Shown here: positions 20,492 to 29,315 of the stretch, piece by piece
How positions within the stretch are numbered: the stretch's first letter is position 1
Layout: the number at the start of each line of letters is the position of its first letter
NCBI GenBank assembly: GCA_035260325.1
Contig: DATFVL010000062.1
Span: 1-55,239, forward strand
Direction: 5' to 3'
Source: Candidatus Methylomirabilota bacterium
GTDB lineage: Bacteria > Methylomirabilota > Methylomirabilia > Rokubacteriales > CSP1-6
Length of the DNA stretch: 55,239 bases
The notes under the pieces: generated by a model
Told to the model about the DNA's origin: nothing
Database searches by the model: none
The model's input: only the letters and a program-made list of their open reading frames with translations
Position numbers and translations under genes: made by a program

Positions 20492-21405
20492 CAGATCCGC
20501 CAGAACAGCTCGCGAGCCTCCGCCGCGCTCCGGGCGCGGAAGAGCGCCTCCCGCATCAGCGCGGCGCCGGGGAGCCCATGGCCGTACCACGCGAGGTGCT
20601 TCTTCACCTGGACCAGCGCCGTGCGCGGCAGGAGATGCGTCTCGATCAGGTCGCAGTGCCGGCCGATGATCCGCGCCTTCTCCTCGCGGGCGACGTCCGC
20701 GCCGCGGAAGATCCAGGGCGCACCGAGGGCGCCACGGCCGATCATGACCGCGGCGCAGCCCGTGGCGGCGAGCATCGCGCGCGCGTCGGCGAGGCTGCGG
20801 ACGTCGCCGTTGCCCGTGACCGGGATCCGTACCGCGTCCACGACGGCCGCGATGATCTCGCGGGGCGCCAGGCCGGCGAACTGCTGGGAGCGCGTGCGCG
20901 GGTGCACGGTGATCGCGCTCACGCCCTCGCCTTCGGCGATCCGCGCGATCTCGACTGCGTTCAGCGTCCGGTCGTCCCAGCCGCCACGGATCTTGACCGT
21001 GAGCGGCACGTCGATCGCCTTCCGCATGGTGCGGAGCACGAGCGCGGCGGTCAGCGGGTCGCGCATGAGCGCCGCGCCCTGACCCTTGGCGACGATCTTC
21101 GCCACCGGGCAGCCCATGTTCAGGTCCACCGCGTCGGCGCCCGCCGCCTCGAGCCGGCGCGCGGCCTCGGCGAGGGCGTCGGGGTCCGCGCCGAGCAGCT
21201 GCATCGCGATCGCGTGCTCCTCGGGGAGGTAGCGGGCCAGCTCGAGCGTGCGCGCGCTGCCCTCGACCAGGCCGCGCGCGTCGATCTCCTCGCTCGTGAG
21301 GAGGCCCGCGCCGCACTCGCGCGCGACGAGCCTGAAGGGCGCGTTCGTCACCGCCGCCATGGGCGCCAAACGGAGCTCGAGCGTCATGACAGGCCAGTCT
21401 ACCAT
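20488..21405 (-). CDS. tRNA-dihydrouridine synthase
   Basis: LRLAPMAAVTNAPFRLVARECGAGL..VDLNMGCPVAKI..ITVHPRTR. Start taken as ATG 21405 (GGAG upstream); ATG 21387 is an alternative. Confidence 0.85.
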   Translation of the reverse strand: MVDWPVMTLELRLAPMAAVTNAPFRLVARECGAGLLTSEEIDARGLVEGSARTLELARYLPEEHAIAMQLLGADPDALAEAARRLEAAGADAVDLNMGCPVAKIVAKGQGAALMRDPLTAALVLRTMRKAIDVPLTVKIRGGWDDRTLNAVEIARIAEGEGVSAITVHPRTRSQQFAGLAPREIIAAVVDAVRIPVTGNGDVRSLADARAMLAATGCAAVMIGRGALGAPWIFRGADVAREEKARIIGRHCDLIETHLLPRTALVQVKKHLAWYGHGLPGAALMREALFRARSAAEARELFWRIW

Positions 21406-21418
21406 CGGCGCTCCGCGC

Positions 21419-22198
21419 TCAGGCGCGCGTGGCGGCGAGGACGGCGACGGGGTAGCCGTAGCGGATCGAGGCACCGTCGCGCCGCGCGTGGATGTCGGGG
21501 CGGTCGTCGTCGACCGCCTCGGCGAAGATGCGGCGGATCTCCGGCACGTCCTCGGGACGGGGGAACGACCGCGCGAGGAGGCTGTCGAGGTCGCTCTCGA
21601 GCCTGTAGCCGGTGATGCGCGGCGCGGGGAGCCGCGCCTGGTCGTAGAGGCGTGTCAGCTCGGTGAGCGGCATCGCGCGCACGTGCGAGGGGTCGCGGAG
21701 CTTCTCCAGGCGGTTGAACGCGTCGGCCTTGTCCGGCGCCGGCGCGCTGTCGACGACCACGACCCGGCCGCCCGGCGCGCAGACGCGCGTCATCTCGCGG
21801 AGGACGGCGCCCGGATCGAGGAAGTGGTGGAACGCGAAGCGGGACGTCACGATCGAGAACGCGCCGTCCGGGTAGGGCAGGGGCAGCACGTCGCCCTGCT
21901 TCCAGGAGACGTTCCTGTGCCCCCGCTCCGCGGCGAGCGCCCGCGCACGCTCGAGCATCGCGGGCGTGATGTCGATCCCCGTCGCGTGGCGCACGACGGG
22001 GGCGAAGGCGCAGACGACGAGACCCCCGCCGCAGGCGACGTCGAGCACCGTGTCGTCGGGACCGGCGCCGGAGAAGTCGACGACCAGCCGGAGCACCGCC
22101 TCGTCCTTGATGCCCGGCGCCGTCGAGAACGGCACGGCCTGGCGCGTGAACTGGTCGAGGATCTCGTCGCGGTGCTCAGAGGGTCTGCTTGTAGACAT
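21419..22198 (-). CDS. class I SAM-dependent methyltransferase
   Basis: VLDVACGGG motif I; FSIVTSRFAFHHF; GGRVVVVD. Confidence 0.85.
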   Translation of the reverse strand: MSTSRPSEHRDEILDQFTRQAVPFSTAPGIKDEAVLRLVVDFSGAGPDDTVLDVACGGGLVVCAFAPVVRHATGIDITPAMLERARALAAERGHRNVSWKQGDVLPLPYPDGAFSIVTSRFAFHHFLDPGAVLREMTRVCAPGGRVVVVDSAPAPDKADAFNRLEKLRDPSHVRAMPLTELTRLYDQARLPAPRITGYRLESDLDSLLARSFPRPEDVPEIRRIFAEAVDDDRPDIHARRDGASIRYGYPVAVLAATRA

Positions 22199-23411
22199 GG
22201 CCGCCCTTCATGATGAGCTTCAGGTTGTCCTGGATCTGGAACAGGCGCAGGTTCTTCAGCGGGTTGCCCGCGACGACGATCAGGTCGGCGTACTTGCCCG
22301 GCTCGACGCCGCCGATCCGGTCCGACATCCGGAAGAGCTCGGCGTTCACCTTCGTCGCCGAGAGCAGCACCTCCATCGGCTTCATCACCTGGCCCTTCAG
22401 CTCGAACTCGACGGCGCGCTGGACCATCATGTCGCCCAGGAGGTCGGAGCCCGAGCCGATCTTGCAGCCCGCCTTGTACGCATACGTGAGCCCCTGCACC
22501 GACTGCTCGCGCGCCAGATTGATCTTCTGGATCTGGTGGTCGCCGATCCCGTAGCGCTTGCCCTCGCGGTAGATCGCCTCGTAGGTGACCATCGTCGGCA
22601 CGAGGAACGCGCCCGCATCCTTGATCGCCTTGGCGGCGGCCTCGCGGATCAGGTTCCCGTGCTCGATCGACCGCACCCCGGCCTCGATCGCCTTCCGCAC
22701 CGCCGCGTCGGAGTACGCGTGAGAGAGGACGTACTTCCCGACCGCCTGAGCTTCCTCGACGGCGGCGCGCATCTCGCCGACGGTGAACTGCGTGGTGTCG
22801 AGCTCGTCGGAGGGCGACATGGCGCCGCCCGACGCCATGATCTTGATCTGGTCCACGTCCCGTCGGATCTGCTCGCGCACGGCCTTGCGCACCTCGGCCT
22901 CGCCGTCGGCGATGGAGCCCACCATGCCGGCGCAGCAGCCGATCGGCTCGATCCACTCGGCGCGCCGGCGCTTGTCGCCGTGGCCGCCCGTCTGGGAGAT
23001 GTAGTTGCCCGAGACGAGGAGCCGCGGGCCCGGGAAGTGGCCTTCCTCCAGGACGAGCCTGAAGCCGTAGTCCGCGCCGCCCGCGTCGCGCACCGTCGTG
23101 AACCCCTGCAGCAGGCACTCCTCGGCGCGGCGCATCGCCCGTGTGGCGATGTAGGACGGCGGGTACAGGCGGTGCTGGTCGGTGATGTTCTCGGTGACGG
23201 CGCAGATGTGGACGTGCGCGTCGGTGAGCCCGGGCATGAGCGTCGCGCCCTTGCAGTCGAGCGTGGTCACCGGGCCCGGCAGCGGGCCGACCTTGCCGCC
23301 CGGGAGGACGTCCCTGATGCGGTCGTCCTCGACGACGACCGCGGCACCCTCCTTCGGGTCGGCGCCCGTGCAGTCGATGAGGAACGCGTTGGTGAAGACG
23401 GTGAGGCTCAT
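22176..23411 (-). CDS. metal-dependent amidohydrolase (imidazolonepropionase/prolidase-related superfamily)
   Basis: ATG 23411 overlaps the SBP stop (ATGA). LMPGLTDAHVHI..SHAYS..IEHG..GSDL. Confidence 0.85.
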   Translation of the reverse strand: MSLTVFTNAFLIDCTGADPKEGAAVVVEDDRIRDVLPGGKVGPLPGPVTTLDCKGATLMPGLTDAHVHICAVTENITDQHRLYPPSYIATRAMRRAEECLLQGFTTVRDAGGADYGFRLVLEEGHFPGPRLLVSGNYISQTGGHGDKRRRAEWIEPIGCCAGMVGSIADGEAEVRKAVREQIRRDVDQIKIMASGGAMSPSDELDTTQFTVGEMRAAVEEAQAVGKYVLSHAYSDAAVRKAIEAGVRSIEHGNLIREAAAKAIKDAGAFLVPTMVTYEAIYREGKRYGIGDHQIQKINLAREQSVQGLTYAYKAGCKIGSGSDLLGDMMVQRAVEFELKGQVMKPMEVLLSATKVNAELFRMSDRIGGVEPGKYADLIVVAGNPLKNLRLFQIQDNLKLIMKGGHVYKQTL

Positions 23412-24943
23412 CGCGCGACGATCTTGGCCTCGTACATCCACACCTTCTCGTCGGCGCGCGGCGTCCACTCGACCGTCTGCGCCACGCCGTAGAGGTCGTG
23501 CTGCTGCCAGAGGAACACCCACGGCGCCTCGTCGTGGACCAGCCGCTGCAGCTCGGCGTACGCGTCGGCGCGCGCCCTGGGGTCGAGCAGGGTCGAGGCC
23601 CGCGCGATCTTTTCATTCAGGACCGGGTTGTTGCCGTAGGACGAGTAGGTCTGGTCGGCGAGGAACAGGGGCTGCATCGTGCCCTGCCCGTGCAGCGCCG
23701 GGCCCCAGCCCAGGAAGAACATGTCGCCGGTGTTCCGGTTCTTGATCTTGTCCAGGTGCGTACCCCACTCGTTGACGACGACGCTGACCTTGATCCCGAG
23801 CCGCTGGAGCTGCGCGGCGATGGCGAGCGAGACGTCCTTGTCGAGCGGGTAGCGGCCCGACGGGGAGTCGAGCGTGAGGGCGAGCCTGGTCGGGTCCACG
23901 CCCGCCTCCTTGAAGAGGGCCAGAGCCCGCGCGGGGTCGTGCTTGGAGCATTCCACCGGCGCGTAGTCGACGTTCGCGGGCGACAGCGGACCGCACATGC
24001 GCGTGGCGCGACCCTTGAGCACCTGCTTGATCAGCTCCTCCACGTCCACGGCGTGGTTCATGGCCCGCCGCACGCGCACGTCCTGCATCGGGCCGGGCTT
24101 GAGGTTCACCAGCGCGAGGTAGTTGATGCGCGAGGACACCGTCGCGCGGAGCCGCGCGCGCCCGCTCCGCTCGATCGCCTCGACGGCGTGGGGCGGCACG
24201 TCCTTCATGATGTCGATCTCGCCGGACAGCAGGGCGGCCATGCGGGCGCTGAACTCGGGGATGAACCGGAACGTGACGCGGCTCACGTCGGCCGGTCCCT
24301 GCCAGTAGTCGGGGTTGCGCTCGAGCACCAGCCGCTCGTCGCGCTTCCACTCGACGAATCGGAACGGGCCCGTGCCGACCGGCCGCTCGGCCAGCTTGGC
24401 CGGCCCGAGCTCCTTCAGCGCCTTGGCCGGCATGATGAGGGAATTGGTCAGCGAGGCGCTGTCGATGAGATTCGGCCACGGCTGCTTGGTGAGGAACCGC
24501 ACCGTGTAGTCGTCGACGACCTGCACCTCCTTGACGAGGCCCCAGTACGCGCCGGCCGCGAAGTGGCTCTTGGTCGCCGGGTCGAGCGCGTAGTCGATCG
24601 TGGCCTTCACCGAGGCCGCCGTGAACGGCTCGCCGTTGTGGAACTTCACGCCCTTGCGGAGCTTGAACTCCCAGGTCGTGTCGTTGACGATCTTCCACTC
24701 CGTGGCCAGCATCGGCTTGGGCTTGAACGTCTTGGGGTCGCGGTCGAGCAGGCGGTCGTAGATGTGCTCGAGCATGTTGTTCGTCGTCCAGTCCACGATC
24801 GTGGCGGCGAGCATCGTCCGCGGCTCGGCGCCGAGGCCGACGACGACCTCCTTGGTGCGGGCGCGGTCCTGGGCGTGGGCCGCGGCCGCGCCGACGAGGC
24901 AGAGGGCCAGCGACAGGGCGAGCAGCGCGTTCATGCGGCGCAT
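23408..24943 (-). CDS. ABC transporter substrate-binding protein, family 5 (peptide/nickel type)
   Basis: ATG 24943 follows GAGGAGAA. Signal peptide MRRMNALLALSLALCLVGAAAAHA; ATEWKIVNDTTWEFKLRKGVKFHNGEPF. Confidence 0.9.
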   Translation of the reverse strand: MRRMNALLALSLALCLVGAAAAHAQDRARTKEVVVGLGAEPRTMLAATIVDWTTNNMLEHIYDRLLDRDPKTFKPKPMLATEWKIVNDTTWEFKLRKGVKFHNGEPFTAASVKATIDYALDPATKSHFAAGAYWGLVKEVQVVDDYTVRFLTKQPWPNLIDSASLTNSLIMPAKALKELGPAKLAERPVGTGPFRFVEWKRDERLVLERNPDYWQGPADVSRVTFRFIPEFSARMAALLSGEIDIMKDVPPHAVEAIERSGRARLRATVSSRINYLALVNLKPGPMQDVRVRRAMNHAVDVEELIKQVLKGRATRMCGPLSPANVDYAPVECSKHDPARALALFKEAGVDPTRLALTLDSPSGRYPLDKDVSLAIAAQLQRLGIKVSVVVNEWGTHLDKIKNRNTGDMFFLGWGPALHGQGTMQPLFLADQTYSSYGNNPVLNEKIARASTLLDPRARADAYAELQRLVHDEAPWVFLWQQHDLYGVAQTVEWTPRADEKVWMYEAKIVAR

Positions 24944-25028
24944 ACGGTTCTCCTCTCGTCCGTGACGGACCGGGCGGCTCACTCGGGCACTGGAGGGGTC
25001 AAGGATACAACGAGGGGGCCCGGCCGCG

Positions 25029-25607
25029 TCAGCCGAGCTCGTCCAGCGTCAGCCTGAAGCTCGGGACGAAGGTCTCGAGGAAGTAGCGGACCTCGGGGAG
25101 GTCGATGCGCTCGACGCTCCGGCGCAGGGCCTTCTCGGCCTGCGCGAACTCCGGGTTGCCGGCGCTCACCTCCTCGAGGCATTTGAGGTGCGCGCAGAGC
25201 TTGTCGGCGGCCCGCACCAGCTCGCGGTGCGCGCGGTCGCCGTCGTGGGGGAGAAAGAACGGGCGGTAGTCCCCCCGGAGCGCGTCCGGGATCATCTCGA
25301 GGAGCTTTTCCCGCGACGCGGCCTCGATCGCGTGATACGCGCGCTTGATCTCCGGGTTGAACTCCTTGACGGGCGAGGGGAGATCGCCCGTCAGCACCTC
25401 GCTCACGTCGTGGTAGAGCGCCAGCGCCACGGTCCGCTCCGGGTCCACGGTGCCGCCGAACATCCGATTGCGGATGATGGCCAGGGCATGGGCGATCTGC
25501 GCGACGCGCAGGCTGTGCTCCTGGATGTTCTCGGGGTACGTGCTGTGCATGAGGCCCCAGCGGCGGATGAACTTCATCCGCGACAGGTACGCGAAGAAGT
25601 GGCTCAT
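25029..25607 (-). CDS. yfbR: HD-domain 5'-deoxynucleotidase (YfbR-like)
   Basis: LSRMKFIRRWGLMHSTYPENIQEHSLRVAQIAHALA..ALYHDVSEVLTGDLPSPVK. Confidence 0.85.
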   Translation of the reverse strand: MSHFFAYLSRMKFIRRWGLMHSTYPENIQEHSLRVAQIAHALAIIRNRMFGGTVDPERTVALALYHDVSEVLTGDLPSPVKEFNPEIKRAYHAIEAASREKLLEMIPDALRGDYRPFFLPHDGDRAHRELVRAADKLCAHLKCLEEVSAGNPEFAQAEKALRRSVERIDLPEVRYFLETFVPSFRLTLDELG

Positions 25608-25640
25608 CGGCGCCTCCCGCGAGCGGCGGCCGGCGTCACC

Positions 25641-25668
25641 GGCCCGGCCGGCACTCGCCGGCCGGGCC
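25641..25668 (-). terminator. perfect 12-bp GC hairpin (terminator after the transglutaminase gene, or a leader structure of yfbR)
   Basis: GGCCCGGCCGGC actc GCCGGCCGGGCC read directly. It lies between the stop at 25678 and the start at 25607. No U-tract. Confidence 0.4.
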
Positions 25669-25677
25669 TACTCTAGA

Positions 25678-26775
25678 TCAGACGCCGAGCTCGCGGGAGG
25701 TGATCTTGTAACGGAACGAGTCGGGGTCGAGGCTGTCGAGCCGGCCCTCGGCCGTCTCGGCCTGCGGGTACATGAAGAACGCGATCGGCTCGCCGGTCGA
25801 GTTCGGCAGCTTCACGTCGTGCGCGTAGTTGTAGGCGAGATAGTTCATCTCCCAGGCGCCGAACAGCTTCGCGCGCGCCCGGCGGACGATCGGGTCGCCG
25901 AGCGGCAGGCCGCCCTTCTCCTCGAGCACGACCTTGCGGACGTCGGCCGGATCGACGGGCACCCAGCCGCGCGCCGGCAGGTAGAACTCCGCGCGGCAGT
26001 GCTGGGCCTTGGTGATGTCGCCGCTCCTGCCCAGGCTCTTGAATTCCCCCGAGTCCGCGACGCGCACGCCGTAGACGTCGCGCGCCGGGATCCCGACGGC
26101 GCGCGCGAGCCCCACGAAGAGCGCGTTGAGGTCGGCGCACTTGCCGCCGAGGTTGCGGGTCTCGAGCATCCAGCCGATGTCGCCGACGCCGCAGCCGCGC
26201 ACCTTCGGATCGCGGAAGGTGTTGTCGACGATCCACTCGTAGATCGCCCGCGCCTTGTCCAGGTCGGTCTTGGCGCCCTGCGTGATCTCGAGCGCCGTCG
26301 CGCGGACGATGCCGTCGGTCCGGATCAGCTTGGTGGCCGCGAGGTACCGGGCGAGGGTGCGCTTGTCCTCGGGCATGACCGTTACCGGCTCCCTGGGGTC
26401 CACGGCGCGGTCGCGCGTCGCGTGGCGCGTCGTCACCTCGACGACGGGCGCCTTCTCGGTTTCCGGCCACTCCGCGTAGAGGATCCCGGCGTTGTACTTC
26501 TCGTCGCGATAGACGCGCATGACCGTGGCGTTGCCCGTCCACGTCTGCCCGAGGCCCTTCTGGTAGTCCGTGTCCGCCGTGAGCGGGAGGGGCACCCAGG
26601 CGCGCGCGACGCCGGCCGGGCTCGCGATCTCCACTCGCGCCGTCACCTCGAACGCGCGCCACTTCGCCGTATCCTGCCCCGCCGCGCCACGCGCGGCATC
26701 GGGCCACCCGAGCCCGCCGAGGGCGAGCGCGGCCGACGCGCCGACTCCCGTCCCGAGAAATTGTCGCCGGTCCAT
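25678..26775 (-). CDS. Tat-exported transglutaminase-like cysteine protease domain protein
   Basis: ATG 26775 follows GAGGAGAA. Twin-arginine motif MDRRQFLGTG. Core residues GKCADLNALFVGLARAVGIPAR..QHCRAEFY..WVPVDPAD (Cys/His/Asp). Confidence 0.8.
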   Translation of the reverse strand: MDRRQFLGTGVGASAALALGGLGWPDAARGAAGQDTAKWRAFEVTARVEIASPAGVARAWVPLPLTADTDYQKGLGQTWTGNATVMRVYRDEKYNAGILYAEWPETEKAPVVEVTTRHATRDRAVDPREPVTVMPEDKRTLARYLAATKLIRTDGIVRATALEITQGAKTDLDKARAIYEWIVDNTFRDPKVRGCGVGDIGWMLETRNLGGKCADLNALFVGLARAVGIPARDVYGVRVADSGEFKSLGRSGDITKAQHCRAEFYLPARGWVPVDPADVRKVVLEEKGGLPLGDPIVRRARAKLFGAWEMNYLAYNYAHDVKLPNSTGEPIAFFMYPQAETAEGRLDSLDPDSFRYKITSRELGV

Positions 26776-26850
26776 CGTGTGTTCTCCTCGTCCAGCGTTT
26801 GTCGCATCCCGTGTGAGATGCGAATCGGCTGTCGTTCGATTCGAGCGCAC

Positions 26851-26878
26851 ATAGTAGGGGTGCGCGGGACGACGTCAA
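26851..26878 (-). promoter_or_regulatory. putative promoter for the transglutaminase gene, followed by a structured leader
   Basis: Minus strand reads TTGACG (26878-26873), 16-nt spacer, TACTAT (26856-26851). Confidence 0.3.
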
Positions 26879-26937
26879 GGGGTTAGGGCATGACGATGGA
26901 TGCGGCGCGCGCGGATAGAGCGCTCCTATGGGAGCGG

Positions 26938-27738
26938 TCAGACGCGGAGTCGGGGATCGAGCGTGTCGCGGAGCCAGTCGCCGAGCAGGTTGACGCCGAG
27001 CGCCGTGAGGGCGAGCGCCGCGCCCGGGAAGGCGGCGAGCCACCAGGCGACGTAGAGGAAGTCGCGGCTCTCGGAGAGCATGCTCCCCCACGCGGGCGTC
27101 GGCGGCTGGATGCCGAAGCCGAGGAAGCTGATCGCCGCCTCCGCGACGATGAACGAGGAGAACTGGAGGCTCGCGACGACGATGATGGACGGCGCGACGT
27201 TGGGCAGGACGTGGCGGAACAGGATCCGCGCCCGGCCCGTCCCGAGCGCCGCGGCGGCCTGCACGTAGTCGCGCTGCTTCACGGAGAGCACCTCGCCGCG
27301 CACGACCCGCGCGTAGACGACCCAGCCGGCCGCCGACAGGCTCAGGATGATGTTGCGGAGGCCCAGGCCGACGATCGCGTTGATCGTCAGCGCGAGCAGG
27401 ATGAACGGGAACGAGAGCTGGACGTCGGCGATCCGCATGATGACGGCCGAGGGCCAGCGCTCGACGAAGCCCGCGACGAGGCCGAGGAGCCCGCCCACCA
27501 CGGCGGTGAGCAGGACCGTGCACGCGCCGATGAAGAGCGCGAGCCGCGCGCCGTAGAGCACCCGCGCCAGGAGGTCGCGGCCGAGCTGGTCCGTGCCGAG
27601 CGGATGCGCGCGCGTCCCCGGCGGCCGGAGGCTCTGGACGAAGTCGGTCGTGAGCGGATCCTCCGGCGCGAGCCAGGGCGCGAGCACGGCGGCGGCGAAC
27701 GCGGTCGCGGTCAGGCCGATCCCGAGCCATTTCTTCAT
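26938..27738 (-). CDS. ABC transporter permease (DppC/OppC-like)
   Basis: LGTDQLGRDLLARVLYGARLAL..EAAISFLGFGIQPPTPAWG. Start ATG 27738; an in-frame alternative lies upstream at 27792. Confidence 0.85.
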   Translation of the reverse strand: MKKWLGIGLTATAFAAAVLAPWLAPEDPLTTDFVQSLRPPGTRAHPLGTDQLGRDLLARVLYGARLALFIGACTVLLTAVVGGLLGLVAGFVERWPSAVIMRIADVQLSFPFILLALTINAIVGLGLRNIILSLSAAGWVVYARVVRGEVLSVKQRDYVQAAAALGTGRARILFRHVLPNVAPSIIVVASLQFSSFIVAEAAISFLGFGIQPPTPAWGSMLSESRDFLYVAWWLAAFPGAALALTALGVNLLGDWLRDTLDPRLRV

Positions 27739-27841
27739 GGAACCGGGCACAGGCGCCCGGGCTTCGCCACGCCCGTGCCCCGGCGCAGCCACCCACGAGG
27801 GCCGGCCATTCGCCCGATCCGAGCCCGCGCCACCGTCGGCG

Positions 27842-28759
27842 TCACCGTAAGCGCACGCGCGGGTCGAGCCAGCCGTAGGCGAGATCCACCAGGAGATTGA
27901 TCAGCGTGTACATGACCGAGATCAGGAAGACCGCGGCGAGGACGACCGGGAAGTCGCGGTTCAGGAGCGCCTGTACGGTGAGCCGCCCGAGGCCGGGCCA
28001 GGCGAAGATCGTCTCGGTGATGACGGCGCCGCCGAGGAGCTGCCCCGCCTCCAGACCCGCGAGCGTCACGATCGGGATCGCCGAGTTCCGGAGCGTGTGC
28101 TTGCCGATGACGCGCCCCTCGCCGAGCCCCTTCGCGCGCGCCGTGAGGATGTACTCCTCGCCGAGCACGTCGAGGACCGCGGAGCGCGTGAGCCGCGCGA
28201 TGCGCGCGGCGAAGAACGCGGCGAGCACGACGGAGGGCATGACGAGGTGCGCGATCGATCCCGTCCCGCCTGTCGGGAGCCAGCCGAGCCTGACCGAGAA
28301 GAGGTAGATCAGCATGAGCCCGAGCCAGAACCCCGGCGTCGCCTGCCCGAGGACGGTCGCGACGGTGCCGACGTGGTCGAGCACGCTGTTGCGGCGCACC
28401 GCCGAGAGGACGCCGACCGGGAGCGCGATGCAGACGGTGAGGAGGAGCGAGGCGCCCCCGAGCAGGAGCGTCGCGGGCAGGCGCTGGAGGGCCAGGCCCA
28501 GCGCGTCCTGCTTGTAGCGCAGCGACTCGCCGAAGTCGCCGCGCACGGCGCCGGCGACGAAACGCGCGTACTGGACGGGGAGGGGGTCGTTGAAGCCCAG
28601 GCGCTGGCGGAACTCGTTCACGTCCTTGGCCTGGATGTCCATCGGTATGAAGAGCAGCACCGGGTCGCCCGCGAGGCGCATCATCCCGAAGACCGCGGTC
28701 AGCGAGAGGAAGACGACGAGCGCCGTCTGCGCGAGGCGCGACAGGACGTAGGCCCGCAT
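27842..28759 (-). CDS. ABC transporter permease (DppB/OppB-like)
   Basis: MRAYVLSRLAQTALVVFLSLTAVFGMMRLAGDP..ARAKGLGEGRVIGKHTLRNS..ETIFAWPGLGRL. Confidence 0.9.
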   Translation of the reverse strand: MRAYVLSRLAQTALVVFLSLTAVFGMMRLAGDPVLLFIPMDIQAKDVNEFRQRLGFNDPLPVQYARFVAGAVRGDFGESLRYKQDALGLALQRLPATLLLGGASLLLTVCIALPVGVLSAVRRNSVLDHVGTVATVLGQATPGFWLGLMLIYLFSVRLGWLPTGGTGSIAHLVMPSVVLAAFFAARIARLTRSAVLDVLGEEYILTARAKGLGEGRVIGKHTLRNSAIPIVTLAGLEAGQLLGGAVITETIFAWPGLGRLTVQALLNRDFPVVLAAVFLISVMYTLINLLVDLAYGWLDPRVRLR

Positions 28760-28798
28760 CGGCCTACAGTTGTATCACGCCGCCAGGCGTGGTCCCGC

Positions 28799-29263
28799 TC
28801 AGCAGTCGGTCGCGCGCTCGGGGACCCAGTAGGGCAGATAGTAGCCCCCGGTCTGGACGCGCGGCTCGAAGTGGCCGGCGACCCAGAGCGCGTCGCTGTC
28901 GTAGTGGCTCTCCACCCAGACGTCGTCGGTGTACTGCTGCGGGAGCCAGGTGTAGGCCCAGTAGCCGGGGACGACACAGCGGCGCGGCTGGTACACGTAC
29001 ACGGGCGCCGGGAAGCAGCACACGGGCGGTGCGCCGACGAAGATCCGGCTCGGCGCGTTCACGGTGATCCGGCTCGGCGGCGCGACGAAGACACGGCTGG
29101 GCGCGTTGATCGTGACCTGGCTGCCGGAGGGCACGAAGACCTGCCGCCGGGGCGCCGGCGCGCCCACGCCGACGGAGATGCGCACGTCGCCCGCGGCGGC
29201 CGGGGCGGGCCCGGCGGCGACCGCCGCGACGAGCACCATGACGAGCGCCATACGAGTGGGCAT
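28799..29263 (-). CDS. hypothetical secreted protein with three NAPSR repeats and a Cys/Trp/Tyr-rich C-terminus
   Basis: Signal peptide MPTRMALVMVLVAAVAAGPAPAAAG. Repeats VTINAPSRVFVAPP / SRITVNAPSRIFVGAPP. No family recognised. Confidence 0.55.
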   Translation of the reverse strand: MPTRMALVMVLVAAVAAGPAPAAAGDVRISVGVGAPAPRRQVFVPSGSQVTINAPSRVFVAPPSRITVNAPSRIFVGAPPVCCFPAPVYVYQPRRCVVPGYWAYTWLPQQYTDDVWVESHYDSDALWVAGHFEPRVQTGGYYLPYWVPERATDC

Positions 29264-29315
29264 CCTGCCTCCTTGGACGCGGAAGCGCGCCCCGGTGTTC
29301 AGTGGTCGCGGGTTT

